From the NCBI GenBank assembly GCA_963664115.2, contig CAXWPJ010000004.1, forward strand, positions 64,001 to 128,000: DNA of 64,000 nucleotides. The letters run 5' to 3'. Position numbers and translations under genes: made by a program. This document shows positions 40,298-50,160 of the stretch, one piece after another; position 1 is the stretch's first letter; each line of letters starts with the position of its first letter. The stretch comes from Terriglobia bacterium (GTDB taxonomy: Bacteria; Acidobacteriota; Terriglobia; 20CM-2-55-15). Under the pieces are notes generated by a model. That model saw only the letters and a program-made list of their open reading frames with translations, did not search any database and was not told the DNA's origin.

Positions 40298-42133
40298 CTA
40301 TCCCCGCCGACCCGCTGGCGTCGGTTCTTCCTGCTCGGGCGTGAAGTCCTCGCCGGGATTGATGAACTGGTTCGTTTCGAACTGATACTGCCTGTCGTGC
40401 AGCTCTCTATATCGACCGTTGAGTGCCATGAGCTTGTCGTGACTGCCGCGCTCGACAATCTCCCCGCCCTCCAACACCAATATCTGATCAGCACTGCGAA
40501 TCGTTGACAATCTGTGAGCGATGACGAAGCTTGTGCGGCCCCGTCGCAGTGCCCGCAGACCGTCCTGGATCATCGCTTCGCTCTCTGAATCGAGACTGGA
40601 TGTGGCTTCGTCGAGAATGAGAATGCGGGGATCGGCTAGAACCGCTCGGGCGATGGCGACCCGCTGCCGCTGGCCACCGGAGAGCTTTACGCCTCGTTCG
40701 CCGACGATCGTATTGTAGCCGTTCTCAAAACGGTCGATGAACTCCGCACAATGGGCGATGCGGCAAGCGCTAACGACTTCTTCCTTGTTCGCCGACGGAT
40801 TTGCGAAAGCAACGTTCTCGCCTATCGTTCCATCGAACAGGAAGTTATCCTGAAAAACCGCGCCAAGGAGTGTGCGGTACTCACGCAACTTAAGGCCCGA
40901 TAGATCCCTGCCGTCGATCATCACGTGGCCTTCCTGTGGCTGATTGAAGTTCAGCACAAGGCTGATGAGCGTGCTCTTTCCAGAGCCACTCGAACCCACC
41001 AGGGCAGTCGTCGATCCAGCCGGAGCGACAAAGGACACGTTCTTGAGGACGGGCACGCCCTCTTCATACTCGAACCACACGCCCTGGAACTCTATGTCGC
41101 CTCTCAGCTCACCCAATGGAGAGCGTTCGGCGTCTTCGTCGTCCTCGGTCCGCATCGCCATGATTTCCTGGATGCGGTCCAGCCCGGCGAACGCTTCGGT
41201 GATCTGCGTCCCAATGTTGGCCAACTGCACCACGGGCATCGCCATGGTGCCCGTGAAAGCGACGTACATGATCAGGTCGCCCAACGTCATGTCGCCGCGC
41301 ACAACGGCTTGTCCTCCAACTATAAAGATCACCAGGCCGATCGTGCCTATAACAGCGGAGGAAAACGCCATCACAAATGACGTGCCGGTCAGCGACTTGG
41401 CGATGTTCCGGAATAGCTTGTGAACATGCCGGGCAAACACCAGATCCTCGCGCCGTTCTGCCGTGTACGTTTTGATGACCCGAACGCCCGCCAAGGACTC
41501 CGACAACCGCCCCGTAACATCCGCCATCAACTGGCCCCGCATCCGAAACAGGGGACGCAAGCGCTTGAAAGTGACCGCCAGCACTGCGCCGAATAGCCCC
41601 AACACCGCCATGGTGATCAACGTGAGATGCCAATTCAGATAGAACAACACCCCTAATGCCAGCACGGCCGTCAGAACGCCACCCGTCAGTTGCACAAGCC
41701 CCGTACCGACCAGATTGCGGATACCCTCGGCGTCGGTCATGATTCGTGAAATCATCTCGCCCGTTTTCATGGAGTCGAAGTAACCGACAGGCAACCGGCT
41801 GATACGTTCGAACAGGCGTTTGCGCATCTCGGTGATCGCCCGCTGCGCGGCCACACCCATAATTTGCGATAACGCGAACGTCGTAATCGCTTGCAAAAAG
41901 ATGGCGCAAGCGACGGCAAAGGCCACCCTCACCAGCAGTTCGGTCCGTCCGTTGCCGATCACCTCGTCAATGACGTACTTGGTCGATGCCGGCATGACCA
42001 GACCCAGCATCCTGTTGATCAGCATGAGGCCCAAACCAAGCATCAGTCGGTGCCTGTGCCGGTGTACCAGCACCTTGGCTTCGATCATCGCGTTGGAGTA
42101 TTTAACCTTTTGTTTCGGCTTCTCTTCGCTCAT
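40298..42133 (-). CDS. ABC exporter, fused permease/ATPase (MsbA-like)
   Basis: GSSGSGKS, LSGGQRQR, ILDEATS, IAHRLST; N-terminal TM domain. Confidence 0.95.
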   Translation of the reverse strand: MSEEKPKQKVKYSNAMIEAKVLVHRHRHRLMLGLGLMLINRMLGLVMPASTKYVIDEVIGNGRTELLVRVAFAVACAIFLQAITTFALSQIMGVAAQRAITEMRKRLFERISRLPVGYFDSMKTGEMISRIMTDAEGIRNLVGTGLVQLTGGVLTAVLALGVLFYLNWHLTLITMAVLGLFGAVLAVTFKRLRPLFRMRGQLMADVTGRLSESLAGVRVIKTYTAERREDLVFARHVHKLFRNIAKSLTGTSFVMAFSSAVIGTIGLVIFIVGGQAVVRGDMTLGDLIMYVAFTGTMAMPVVQLANIGTQITEAFAGLDRIQEIMAMRTEDDEDAERSPLGELRGDIEFQGVWFEYEEGVPVLKNVSFVAPAGSTTALVGSSGSGKSTLISLVLNFNQPQEGHVMIDGRDLSGLKLREYRTLLGAVFQDNFLFDGTIGENVAFANPSANKEEVVSACRIAHCAEFIDRFENGYNTIVGERGVKLSGGQRQRVAIARAVLADPRILILDEATSSLDSESEAMIQDGLRALRRGRTSFVIAHRLSTIRSADQILVLEGGEIVERGSHDKLMALNGRYRELHDRQYQFETNQFINPGEDFTPEQEEPTPAGRRG

Positions 42134-42624
42134 GTTCCGCCCTATAGTACACGGTGCCCCGCATACCACACCATGGGGAGGGTCCTGTCAGTAAAACTGA
42201 AATCCGGCCATTCTGGCGCCGCATTCAGACAGTGCCACGAAGTGAACCGTCCACTCCTGCCCACCGCTGAAATCCATTCTCAAGGCCAAACAAATCATCG
42301 TTTCTCTGGACTTGAGAATTTAATAGCGCCCAATTCCCCTTCTTAGTATTGCCTACCGAGTTTTTCAAGGTTCGATCAGCGACACACTTTAAACATGGAA
42401 TCCGGCACCAACAGACACCTAGTGTGCTACCGACGGATGTTCACGCGATGCTTGCGGGAATGAGAATCACATGTGTAGACTCTCCATTGAATGACCCGGC
42501 CAGATTACACGCCCCGTCGGTTCACCCATCAATATGCGATGCGTGTGGATTGTTTTTATTGTTCGCTGGTAAAGCTGTTTTCGCGGCCTGTACCGCACCG
42601 ATGCGGTTATCTCGATTGAGGCTT

Positions 42625-43437
42625 ATGGGTGCAGTAGGTATAACTCAAAGGCGAGGATGGACCTCGGCCCTGGCGGTCGTTTTCTTAGTCGCGTTGCTTG
42701 TCTTTGCTCCAGAGAATCTGTCGGCACAAAGTAACGAGCAGTTCGACAAGTCTTTTCCGTATATCGGAAGCTGGGACAACGGGGCCGACAATCCCGACGG
42801 TCAGGATCGGGGCAATTGCGGGGGGCGACTTGGAGACTACGGCGAAAAGCTGATCAACTGCTCCTTGCCGGTGGACCAGCTTCCGTTGAACCGCCGGGGA
42901 GAGGCCTGGCTGGAGTTCGTGGACCACCAGGCGTCGCCCGCCCTGGCCGAATGCGCGGACGTGGCCATTCCGGGATTGTTGGGCAGCACCATGCACATCT
43001 CCGGATATCCGAACCGATTGGTGTTTCAACATTCCATTCGCCTGACCACCCGGACCATTTGGATGGATGGGCGTGGTCACCCGGAAGCCCGGCACCTTTT
43101 CCAGCATGGCCATTCAATCGGCTGGTGGGACGGCGAAGACCTGGTCGTCGAAACCACCAACTTCACCTTCGACCCCGACGGCATCGACGACCACCTCCAT
43201 ATGGCGTCTTCGGTCCGAAAGAAAGTCACCGAACGCTACCAGGGGATCGATGAAAACACGCTCAGGCTCATTATCATCCTGGAAGACCCCACTTTTCTGA
43301 CGCGACCGTTTAAGTATGCCTACATCTTGAACAAACGGGCGAACGGACCAGCGCCGGACTGGGACGCCTGTGATCCCGAGGTTTCCCGAAACGAAGTCAT
43401 TTTTGCCTATCCCGGAAACAAATATCCCGAGGACTGA
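42625..43437 (+). CDS. DUF6152-partner family protein, orphan copy B3
   Basis: RTIWMDGRGHP, GHSIGWWDGEDLVVETTNF, TERY, EDP; paralog of 59004-59867; start approximate. Confidence 0.78.
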   Translation: MGAVGITQRRGWTSALAVVFLVALLVFAPENLSAQSNEQFDKSFPYIGSWDNGADNPDGQDRGNCGGRLGDYGEKLINCSLPVDQLPLNRRGEAWLEFVDHQASPALAECADVAIPGLLGSTMHISGYPNRLVFQHSIRLTTRTIWMDGRGHPEARHLFQHGHSIGWWDGEDLVVETTNFTFDPDGIDDHLHMASSVRKKVTERYQGIDENTLRLIIILEDPTFLTRPFKYAYILNKRANGPAPDWDACDPEVSRNEVIFAYPGNKYPED

Positions 43438-43787
43438 CCGACGATGACACGCTGTCTGGCGGGTAATTGTCAGGTGAAAGCCCCACACCCCACAATGGCG
43501 GGATGAAGACTCGAAGGAAGGGGTTTCCCTACCTTAGTTTTGCGAGGTCAACGCCCGACAATTCGCGATGCAGGACAGTGAAGAACGCCGATGCGGGCTT
43601 GTTCTCAGTTGGCGCGATGGGCGTTTGTCAGGAGTCGAGAGTTTATTTGCTTCTAAATCACTCCTCTAGTATCGTTTGTAAAATGTTTAACGGTTCAAAG
43701 CGACAACCCTCAGCCTTCTCGGCAACGGGAACTGAGAGCGTCGTTCGTCGGGGAAAATGTGGAAGAGGGGGAAAGGGAGAGATCAAC

Positions 43788-44180
43788 ATGAACATCAAGT
43801 TAACCATCCTTGCCACGTTGTTGAGTCTGTCGGTGGGTGTGATGGTGTCTCACGCACACCACGCGTTCGCTGCGATCTACGAAACTTCAAGAGAGGTTGC
43901 GTTTGAAGACGTAACGATTGTCAGCGTGGCCTGGACGAATCCGCACACGAGAATTGCGTTCGATGTCACCGACGAGAACGGCGAGATCACACGTTGGAAT
44001 ACGGAAACGGGGAGCCCATCGGCGCTGTCGCGTATGGGTTGGTTGAGAAACGCCGTGAAACCCGGCGATGTAATCGACGTTGAGGTGAATCCCGCGACGG
44101 ACGAGACGCCGCGCGGTCATCTGGCCAAAGTGACTTTAGCCAATGGTACGGTGTTTGATCGCACCGGCATCGGGAATTAG
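43788..44180 (+). CDS. DUF6152-like secreted protein (copy A1)
   Basis: SHA|HHAF, TNPH, WNTE, MGW, KPGD; GGAGA RBS. Confidence 0.85.
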   Translation: MNIKLTILATLLSLSVGVMVSHAHHAFAAIYETSREVAFEDVTIVSVAWTNPHTRIAFDVTDENGEITRWNTETGSPSALSRMGWLRNAVKPGDVIDVEVNPATDETPRGHLAKVTLANGTVFDRTGIGN

Positions 44181-44195
44181 GCGGAGGCATCCGAC

Positions 44196-44942
44196 ATGAT
44201 CAGGCGTTCGAATAGTGTGTGCTTCTTTGCAGTTCTGTTTCTCAGCCTGTCGCCCTACGGAGCTGCCCAGGAGCCCGCACCGGTCCGCGATCTGAACGGC
44301 GTGTGGAATGGCGGCGCGGTCATGCGCCTGGAGCCGGTCCCCGAAATGACCGAGTGGGGACAAGAGCGGTTCGACGCGGCCCGGCCGTTTCGCGGGCCGA
44401 GAGCGGTTGCGGTGTCCGATTCGAACGACGGCTTCCGCATGTGCGATCCGCTGGGATTTCCCCGCAGTATCTTTTACGAACTCCGCGGTGTGGAGTTTTT
44501 CGAGATGCCCAACAAAATGTTGATGCTGTTCCAGTACCAGCGTACATGGCGCGAGATCTGGACAGACGGACGCGAACTCCCAACGAACGTGGGGACCTAC
44601 GAAGACGGCGCTCCCGACCCGGCCTACTTAGGCTACGCCGTGGGCCGGTGGGTGGATGACTCCACCTTTGTCGTCAATTCCACGGGATTCCATGAAGCGC
44701 CCTGGAGTGATCCGGAAGGTCACCCGCGGAGCGTGAGCGCGCGGATAGAAGAACGCTATCGCCGCATCGACCACGATAGTCTGGAAATCACCGTGACAAT
44801 CGATGATCCTGTAGCCTATACGGAGCCGTTCGTGGGGATGAAACAGGTCATCAGTTGGGACCCGGACCAGGAGTTCGAAGAGCAATTCTGCATCCCTTCG
44901 GAAGCGATCGAGTACATGCGGACGTTCGCGCCGGAGCAGTAG
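44196..44942 (+). CDS. DUF6152-partner family protein (copy B1)
   Basis: DLNGVW, CDPLGFPR, REIWTDGR, GYAVGRW, EERYRR, DDP, EEQFC. Confidence 0.85.
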   Translation: MIRRSNSVCFFAVLFLSLSPYGAAQEPAPVRDLNGVWNGGAVMRLEPVPEMTEWGQERFDAARPFRGPRAVAVSDSNDGFRMCDPLGFPRSIFYELRGVEFFEMPNKMLMLFQYQRTWREIWTDGRELPTNVGTYEDGAPDPAYLGYAVGRWVDDSTFVVNSTGFHEAPWSDPEGHPRSVSARIEERYRRIDHDSLEITVTIDDPVAYTEPFVGMKQVISWDPDQEFEEQFCIPSEAIEYMRTFAPEQ

Positions 44943-45090
44943 ACAGAGTGATTCACCTGCCGGGGCTCGGACCTCTGGCGTCGACATCGTTGACATCAAC
45001 GGTGGCGGCGGAATAGTATCGCTCTGTAAATATTATTTTGACCGCCCTGATGGTCATCAGTAAGTACCCTCAAAAGGTCGAGGAGGACAG

Positions 45091-45486
45091 ATGAAAACAA
45101 TCGGAGTAGCCCTGATGGTCGCGCTGCTCGCCCTGTCGGTGGGCGTGACGGCGTCATACGCGCACCACGCGTTCGGTGCAATATACGAAAGCTCAGCGGA
45201 GGTTGCGTTTGAAAATGTGACGATTGTCAGTGTGGCCTGGACGAATCCACACACTCGCATTGCATTCGACGTGACCGATGAGAACGGCACCGTGAGCCGT
45301 TGGAACTCGGAAACGGGGAGCCCGTCGGCTCTGTCGCGCATGGGCTGGTTGAGAAACGCCGTAAAGCCCGGCGATGTCATCGACGTTGCCCTTCAACCGG
45401 CGATGGACGGGACCAAACGCGGTCACCTGTTCCGCGTTGTCTTGCCGGATGGCACGGAATTCAATCGCCGCGGCGCCGCGAGATAA
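45091..45486 (+). CDS. DUF6152-like secreted protein (copy A2)
   Basis: SYA|HHAF, TNPH, WNSE; core nearly identical to A1. Confidence 0.85.
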   Translation: MKTIGVALMVALLALSVGVTASYAHHAFGAIYESSAEVAFENVTIVSVAWTNPHTRIAFDVTDENGTVSRWNSETGSPSALSRMGWLRNAVKPGDVIDVALQPAMDGTKRGHLFRVVLPDGTEFNRRGAAR

Positions 45487-45501
45487 GCTGGAGAACCCGA
45501 C

Positions 45502-46245
45502 ATGATCATGCGTTCCAGCACTGTGTATTTCTTTGTAATTCTGTTTCTCAGCCTGTCGCCTTACCTGACGGCCCAGGAACCGGCGCCGGTCCGCGACTTG
45601 ACCGGAGTCTGGGAGGGCCGGGTGAATTTCGACGCTCAGTTCGCTGAAATGACCGGGTTTGGACAGGAACAGTTCGATGCGCACCTGCCTTTCAGCGGGC
45701 CGCGCGCCGGCTCGGTCGCTGAATCGAATGACGGCTATCGCGTGTGCGATCCCCTGGGATTTCCGCGTAACGTCGTCTATGAGCTCCGTGGGACTGCGTT
45801 TGCCGAGATGCCGGACAGGATGGTGATGCTGATGCAGTACATGCGGCATTGGCGCGAGATCTGGACCGACGGACGGGAACTCCCAACGAACGTGGGAACC
45901 TACGAAGATGGCGCTCCCGATCCACGCTATAACGGCTACTCGGTGGGGCGGTGGGAGGACGACTACACCTTCGTCGTCAACTCCACGGGTTTCCACGAAG
46001 ACATCTGGGCCGACGAGCAAGGTCACCCGATCAGCACGAACGCGCAGATAGAGGAACGTTATCACCGGGTCGACCACGATAGTTTGGAAGTCACGATGAC
46101 CATTAACGATCCCATGAACTACACGGAACCGTTCGTGACAATCACGGAAACCTTGAACTGGGACGAGGACCAGGAATTTGAAGAGCAGCTCTGCATCCCC
46201 TCTCAAGCGCTAGAGTACATCCGGACGTTCGCGCCGGAGCGATAG
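45502..46245 (+). CDS. DUF6152-partner family protein (copy B2)
   Basis: DLTGVW, CDPLGFPR, REIWTDGRELPTNVGTYEDGAPDP (identical to B1), EEQLC. Confidence 0.85.
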   Translation: MIMRSSTVYFFVILFLSLSPYLTAQEPAPVRDLTGVWEGRVNFDAQFAEMTGFGQEQFDAHLPFSGPRAGSVAESNDGYRVCDPLGFPRNVVYELRGTAFAEMPDRMVMLMQYMRHWREIWTDGRELPTNVGTYEDGAPDPRYNGYSVGRWEDDYTFVVNSTGFHEDIWADEQGHPISTNAQIEERYHRVDHDSLEVTMTINDPMNYTEPFVTITETLNWDEDQEFEEQLCIPSQALEYIRTFAPER

Positions 46246-46307
46246 GGCCAGTAATTCGTCGCCGCTTGAGCGGTTGGCATCAATCGGTAGTGCCCTGATT
46301 CCACCTA

Positions 46308-46335
46308 CAAAGGAGCGGTTCTGACCGCTCCTTTT
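46308..46335 (+). terminator. rho-independent terminator after the tandem modules
   Basis: AAAGGAGCGGT-TCTG-ACCGCTCCTTTT. Confidence 0.7.
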
Positions 46336-46804
46336 GCTGTAAGGGGCCGCATCCGACGGCCCGTTTTCATAGAAGGCGCTTGTCAAACCCCCACTGTGGT
46401 GGTCATCGGAAGCCCCAGCTTCTCTATGGGCGTGTGATTCACCCATATCCTTTCAACGCGAAGAATCAATCCTGGTGCTCGGGTCCCGAAGTCGTTCCCT
46501 GGAAGGAACAACGAAGGGCGTCTACTTTCGCTTGAAGCGCTGTCTTATCGATCAACTCGTCTTACCGATCAACTCAAGGTTGCGGTGGGCAGGAGAAAGC
46601 CCGTCCAGGGAGCCGTGAGGGCATTCGCCGATTCGACCGCCCAGAGAATACGATTGATCGTCCGAGCATCCGACTTTATACTCGACCGGCAACTTTTTGG
46701 CTTATTAATCTAAGGATAAACGGAGGCAATCGAGCCCGTTTAAGGGCGTGGCCAGTCGTGGTCGGATTCGGGCGCCTCGCGTACCGTAAGGGGGTAAATA
46801 CATC

Positions 46805-47938
46805 ATGAAATTCGGAGACAGACCAATTGTACTTGGCGCGGTGGTAATGGTGATCGCATGCATGGTGCCACTTGCGTCTGCAGTCGAACCCACGCAACCG
46901 CCGCAGCAGACCCCCCCGATGGCGGACGATGTATTCAATAATATCCAGGTTCTCACAGGGCTCACTGTGGACGAGTTTTGGAACACGATGGGGATGTTCG
47001 CAGCTTCGCTCACCAAGGACTGCGTCGATTGCCACGTCATCGGGGCCCTCGAGAATTGGGACGCCTTCGCCGAGGAAACAGACCAGATACGTATCGCCCG
47101 GGGCATGATTCGGATGGTGAACGATATCAACAACACTCAGTTCGGGGGCGCGCAAAGAGTAACGTGCTTCACGTGTCATCGCGCTACCTCGATTCCGGAG
47201 GCCGCGCCTGATCTTGCTCTGCAGTACGGTCTTGTCGAGAATCCGAATTCGATGACCTTGTACCCGACTCCTCTTGCACCGTCAGTCGAGGAAGTTTTTG
47301 ATACCTATATTGAGGCCATTGGCGGGGCCGAAGCCGTGGAAAGTATCGAGAACGTCGTTATCCGGGGGACGTATGCGGGTTTCGAAACCGGCCATATCGA
47401 CACTCCTTTTGAACTCTATGCTCAAGCTCCGGACAGACGCACGCGTATTTTCCACAAGGCCTCGGGAGACCACTACCGCGTTTATGACGGGGAAAACGGG
47501 TGGAATTCCAACCCTGATATGCCGGTTCCCTTGATCCCCAACTCTGGCGGCAATCTTTACGGCGACCGCATCGGCGCGCTGTTGTCCTTTCCGGCTCGAA
47601 TCCGGGAAAACTTCAGCCGGTGGGTGGTCAGCTTCGTTTTCGTCGGCGATGAGACCTTCACGGTCGCCCAGGGCGTCCAAGGCGCTGAGCTTCCGGTCAA
47701 CTTCTATTTCGACGAGTCCGGGCTGTTGACTAAGGTTGTGTACTGGACGGAGACCGCCGTGGGCCCGGTGACAAGCATGATCGAATACACCGATTACCGC
47801 GAGGTCGACGGGGTCATGGTGCCGTTCTTCTGGTCGGAGTCATGGACGACGGGAATGATCGAATCTACACTGACCGAGGTGGAATTTAACGTCCCGATCG
47901 ATTCCGCGAGATTCAGCCAACCGCCTCCTGCCTACTAA
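46805..47938 (+). CDS. diheme c-type cytochrome (reaction-centre cytochrome c-like) fused to a beta-sheet (LolA-like) domain
   Basis: Signal peptide, NIQVL, CVDCH, AR.MI.MV..IN, CFTCH; C-terminal YTDYREVDGVMVPF...VEFNVPID...F..P. Confidence 0.82.
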   Translation: MKFGDRPIVLGAVVMVIACMVPLASAVEPTQPPQQTPPMADDVFNNIQVLTGLTVDEFWNTMGMFAASLTKDCVDCHVIGALENWDAFAEETDQIRIARGMIRMVNDINNTQFGGAQRVTCFTCHRATSIPEAAPDLALQYGLVENPNSMTLYPTPLAPSVEEVFDTYIEAIGGAEAVESIENVVIRGTYAGFETGHIDTPFELYAQAPDRRTRIFHKASGDHYRVYDGENGWNSNPDMPVPLIPNSGGNLYGDRIGALLSFPARIRENFSRWVVSFVFVGDETFTVAQGVQGAELPVNFYFDESGLLTKVVYWTETAVGPVTSMIEYTDYREVDGVMVPFFWSESWTTGMIESTLTEVEFNVPIDSARFSQPPPAY

Positions 47939-48098
47939 TGCCCCGGCAGCGTGTGGCTAAAGGCGGATCATAGCTTCAAATGGTGCCGATGCGTCGTCGG
48001 TATCGCGAAGATGAGTGGAGTTCGAGACAAGCAAACTTAAATCCCAGCCTCCGAATCAACACCGTCCTGAACCGGCGTGAAGCCTTGAGACACAGGAC

Positions 48099-49214
48099 TT
48101 ACTTGGCTCGACCCCTATAACCCTGGGTTGTCATCGCTATCGAATAGACCTGCGCCGCGTTACGGACTTCATTACCGTCGGCATCAATTGCGCCACGCGC
48201 GAGAACGAAAAGAGTTCTCTTGTCGTTTCCACCGAAGGCCACACTGATGACTCCACGCGGCGTCGGAATAATCCCCAGATACTCCCCGTCGGGGCTGATC
48301 ACCTGAACGCCCGGATTGGACGTGACGTAGATGCGCCCTGCAAAGTCAATAGCGAGGCCGTCGCCGTTGCCGCCGCCGTCGAGTGTGGCGAACTCGCGTT
48401 GGTTGGTGAGCGAGCCGTCAGGCCGAACATCGAAAGCGGCAAGCGTCTGACGGTTTGTCACGTAAAGGATCTGTTCATTCGCGCTGAGAACGATCCCGTT
48501 CGGTCTGATCTCCTCGCCGTACTTCGTGACCACACCGTTCGGGTCGGCATGATAGACCCCGCCCTGGGTGAAGTAGGCACCACCCTTGCTGTTGGCGGTT
48601 ACATCGTTGGGATTCCCGCCGACGCAATCGAGCACATCGCCCTGATAACGATCCGCGAGAACTCTGCGAACCGGTGCCACCTGAAAGATTGCGCTTCTGA
48701 GAGCTCTTTGCACGATAAAAACGTCACCGTTCGAGTTGATCGACAGCGAGCCCCCGGTACGCGTGTCTCCGTAGACAACCGCAGTATTCCCGTCTTGATC
48801 GAGTCTCAGGACTTCACTGTTGTCGTTTTGCGCGATCAGCAGGCCCCCATCGTCGGTGCCTACGATGCCGTCGCCATTGTTGCCCGCCTCCTGCCAGAGG
48901 AACTTCCATTGTTGCCCGGCGGCAATGACTCCCGGAATTTCCGTCACCGTGTAAGCTCTGGGCCCCTGAGGCCGGGCGGGAACACGCGCGGGAGGAGCAG
49001 GTGGAGCGGCCCCACCGCGGCCACCACCGCGGGGCGGAGGCGGGATCGTGCAACTCGCAATCAGAGCGGGCAGCTCCGGGTGGTCCGGAGACGATATTGA
49101 CGGCGGGCGCGGATTTGCCGGAGCCGGTGGTAAATTCGGTGCCTGGTCCTGACCCAATAGGACCATCGAAACAAGAAGGCACACAGCAATGGTCAGTATC
49201 CACTTCGATGTCAT
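48099..49214 (-). CDS. SMP-30/gluconolactonase/LRE family protein, secreted
   Basis: PND, AYFT, PNGI.LS, GDGLAID..GRIYV, VAFGG. Confidence 0.9.
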   Translation of the reverse strand: MTSKWILTIAVCLLVSMVLLGQDQAPNLPPAPANPRPPSISSPDHPELPALIASCTIPPPPRGGGRGGAAPPAPPARVPARPQGPRAYTVTEIPGVIAAGQQWKFLWQEAGNNGDGIVGTDDGGLLIAQNDNSEVLRLDQDGNTAVVYGDTRTGGSLSINSNGDVFIVQRALRSAIFQVAPVRRVLADRYQGDVLDCVGGNPNDVTANSKGGAYFTQGGVYHADPNGVVTKYGEEIRPNGIVLSANEQILYVTNRQTLAAFDVRPDGSLTNQREFATLDGGGNGDGLAIDFAGRIYVTSNPGVQVISPDGEYLGIIPTPRGVISVAFGGNDKRTLFVLARGAIDADGNEVRNAAQVYSIAMTTQGYRGRAK

Positions 49215-49529
49215 AGTTCCCCCAGCGGGCGGCGGCATATTCGCGACCTGTTAAATGAGTGCGGTCACCCTGCTTACCTAGGTTTTTGATGGCATGTAAG
49301 GATACGTTCGACGAAATAGGGCGTGCAACCGCAAAAGTGGACCGGCCATTTGACTGTTACGCTCGTTGCGGGACGGAATGGATTCCGGGACCGTGTCGCG
49401 CCGAGCCTTCCTCGAAACAGCCGTGGCGGACGGAACCTATCTCCCACTTCTTGATGACTTTTGAGCCCGACTATGGCAAGTTCACCGGATCGAAACTCGC
49501 GCGGAAGTTCGAAATAGGAGCTTGGGCAA

Positions 49530-50054
49530 GTGACCAAAAGCGTCGATATCGACGAGAGTCCTGTAATCGGGACAGCCGGGCGGGAGTCGACGGCGGTTGC
49601 GGACCCCGATGCGCTGCCAACGACCCGGCTGCTGCATCCTTTTCTCCTGCTGAGCCGCCTGACTCTGGGTGGATATATCTTGTCGGCGGGATGGGAGAAG
49701 GTGGTAGCCGAATTCGGCAGCGGGCCGGGAACGTTTATCACGATTGATGGTTTCCAGAACCGTGCCGCTATCTTGCCTCCATGGTTCGCAGCGCCCTTCG
49801 GCTATGCCTGGCCCTGGCTGGAAGTGACCTTCGGCATCCTCCTCATGATTGGGCTATTCGGACGCGTGCCGGCTACCGTTAACGCCACGATGCTGGGCAT
49901 GATCAGTTTCCTGCTGTTGTTTACCGGAGAGCTTTTCCCGCGCCATCACGCCAGTGTGTTCTTTGCGTCGGCTTTACTGCTGGTCGTGCTCGGGCCCGGC
50001 CGCTACAGTGTCGATGCGTTGATTCGCCGTAGACGACAGTTCAAACCGCGGTAG
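49530..50054 (+). CDS. DoxX family membrane protein
   Basis: RL..G..L.AG..K, LE...G.LL..GLF.R, GPGRYSVD. Confidence 0.85.
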   Translation: MTKSVDIDESPVIGTAGRESTAVADPDALPTTRLLHPFLLLSRLTLGGYILSAGWEKVVAEFGSGPGTFITIDGFQNRAAILPPWFAAPFGYAWPWLEVTFGILLMIGLFGRVPATVNATMLGMISFLLLFTGELFPRHHASVFFASALLLVVLGPGRYSVDALIRRRRQFKPR

Positions 50055-50160
50055 CTGCCACATTCCGTGGCGGGTGCCCGCGCCGTAGTATGCCGTTCTA
50101 CCTTGAAACCCGTTCCCAAGTCCCGCTCGCCCCGGCGGGTCGCCGACTTCTCCGCACCTC

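Noticed and set aside
43467-43787. Long N-terminal extensions on DUF6152/partner ORFs (also 38539, 39062, 42349, 59963)
   Set aside because: Downstream ATGs give proper signal peptides and match the paralog starts.
43788-46245. Possible CRISPR or DGR signal from long similar segments
   Set aside because: The similarity is a gene-pair duplication with codon-type divergence; no repeat-spacer array and no reverse transcriptase.
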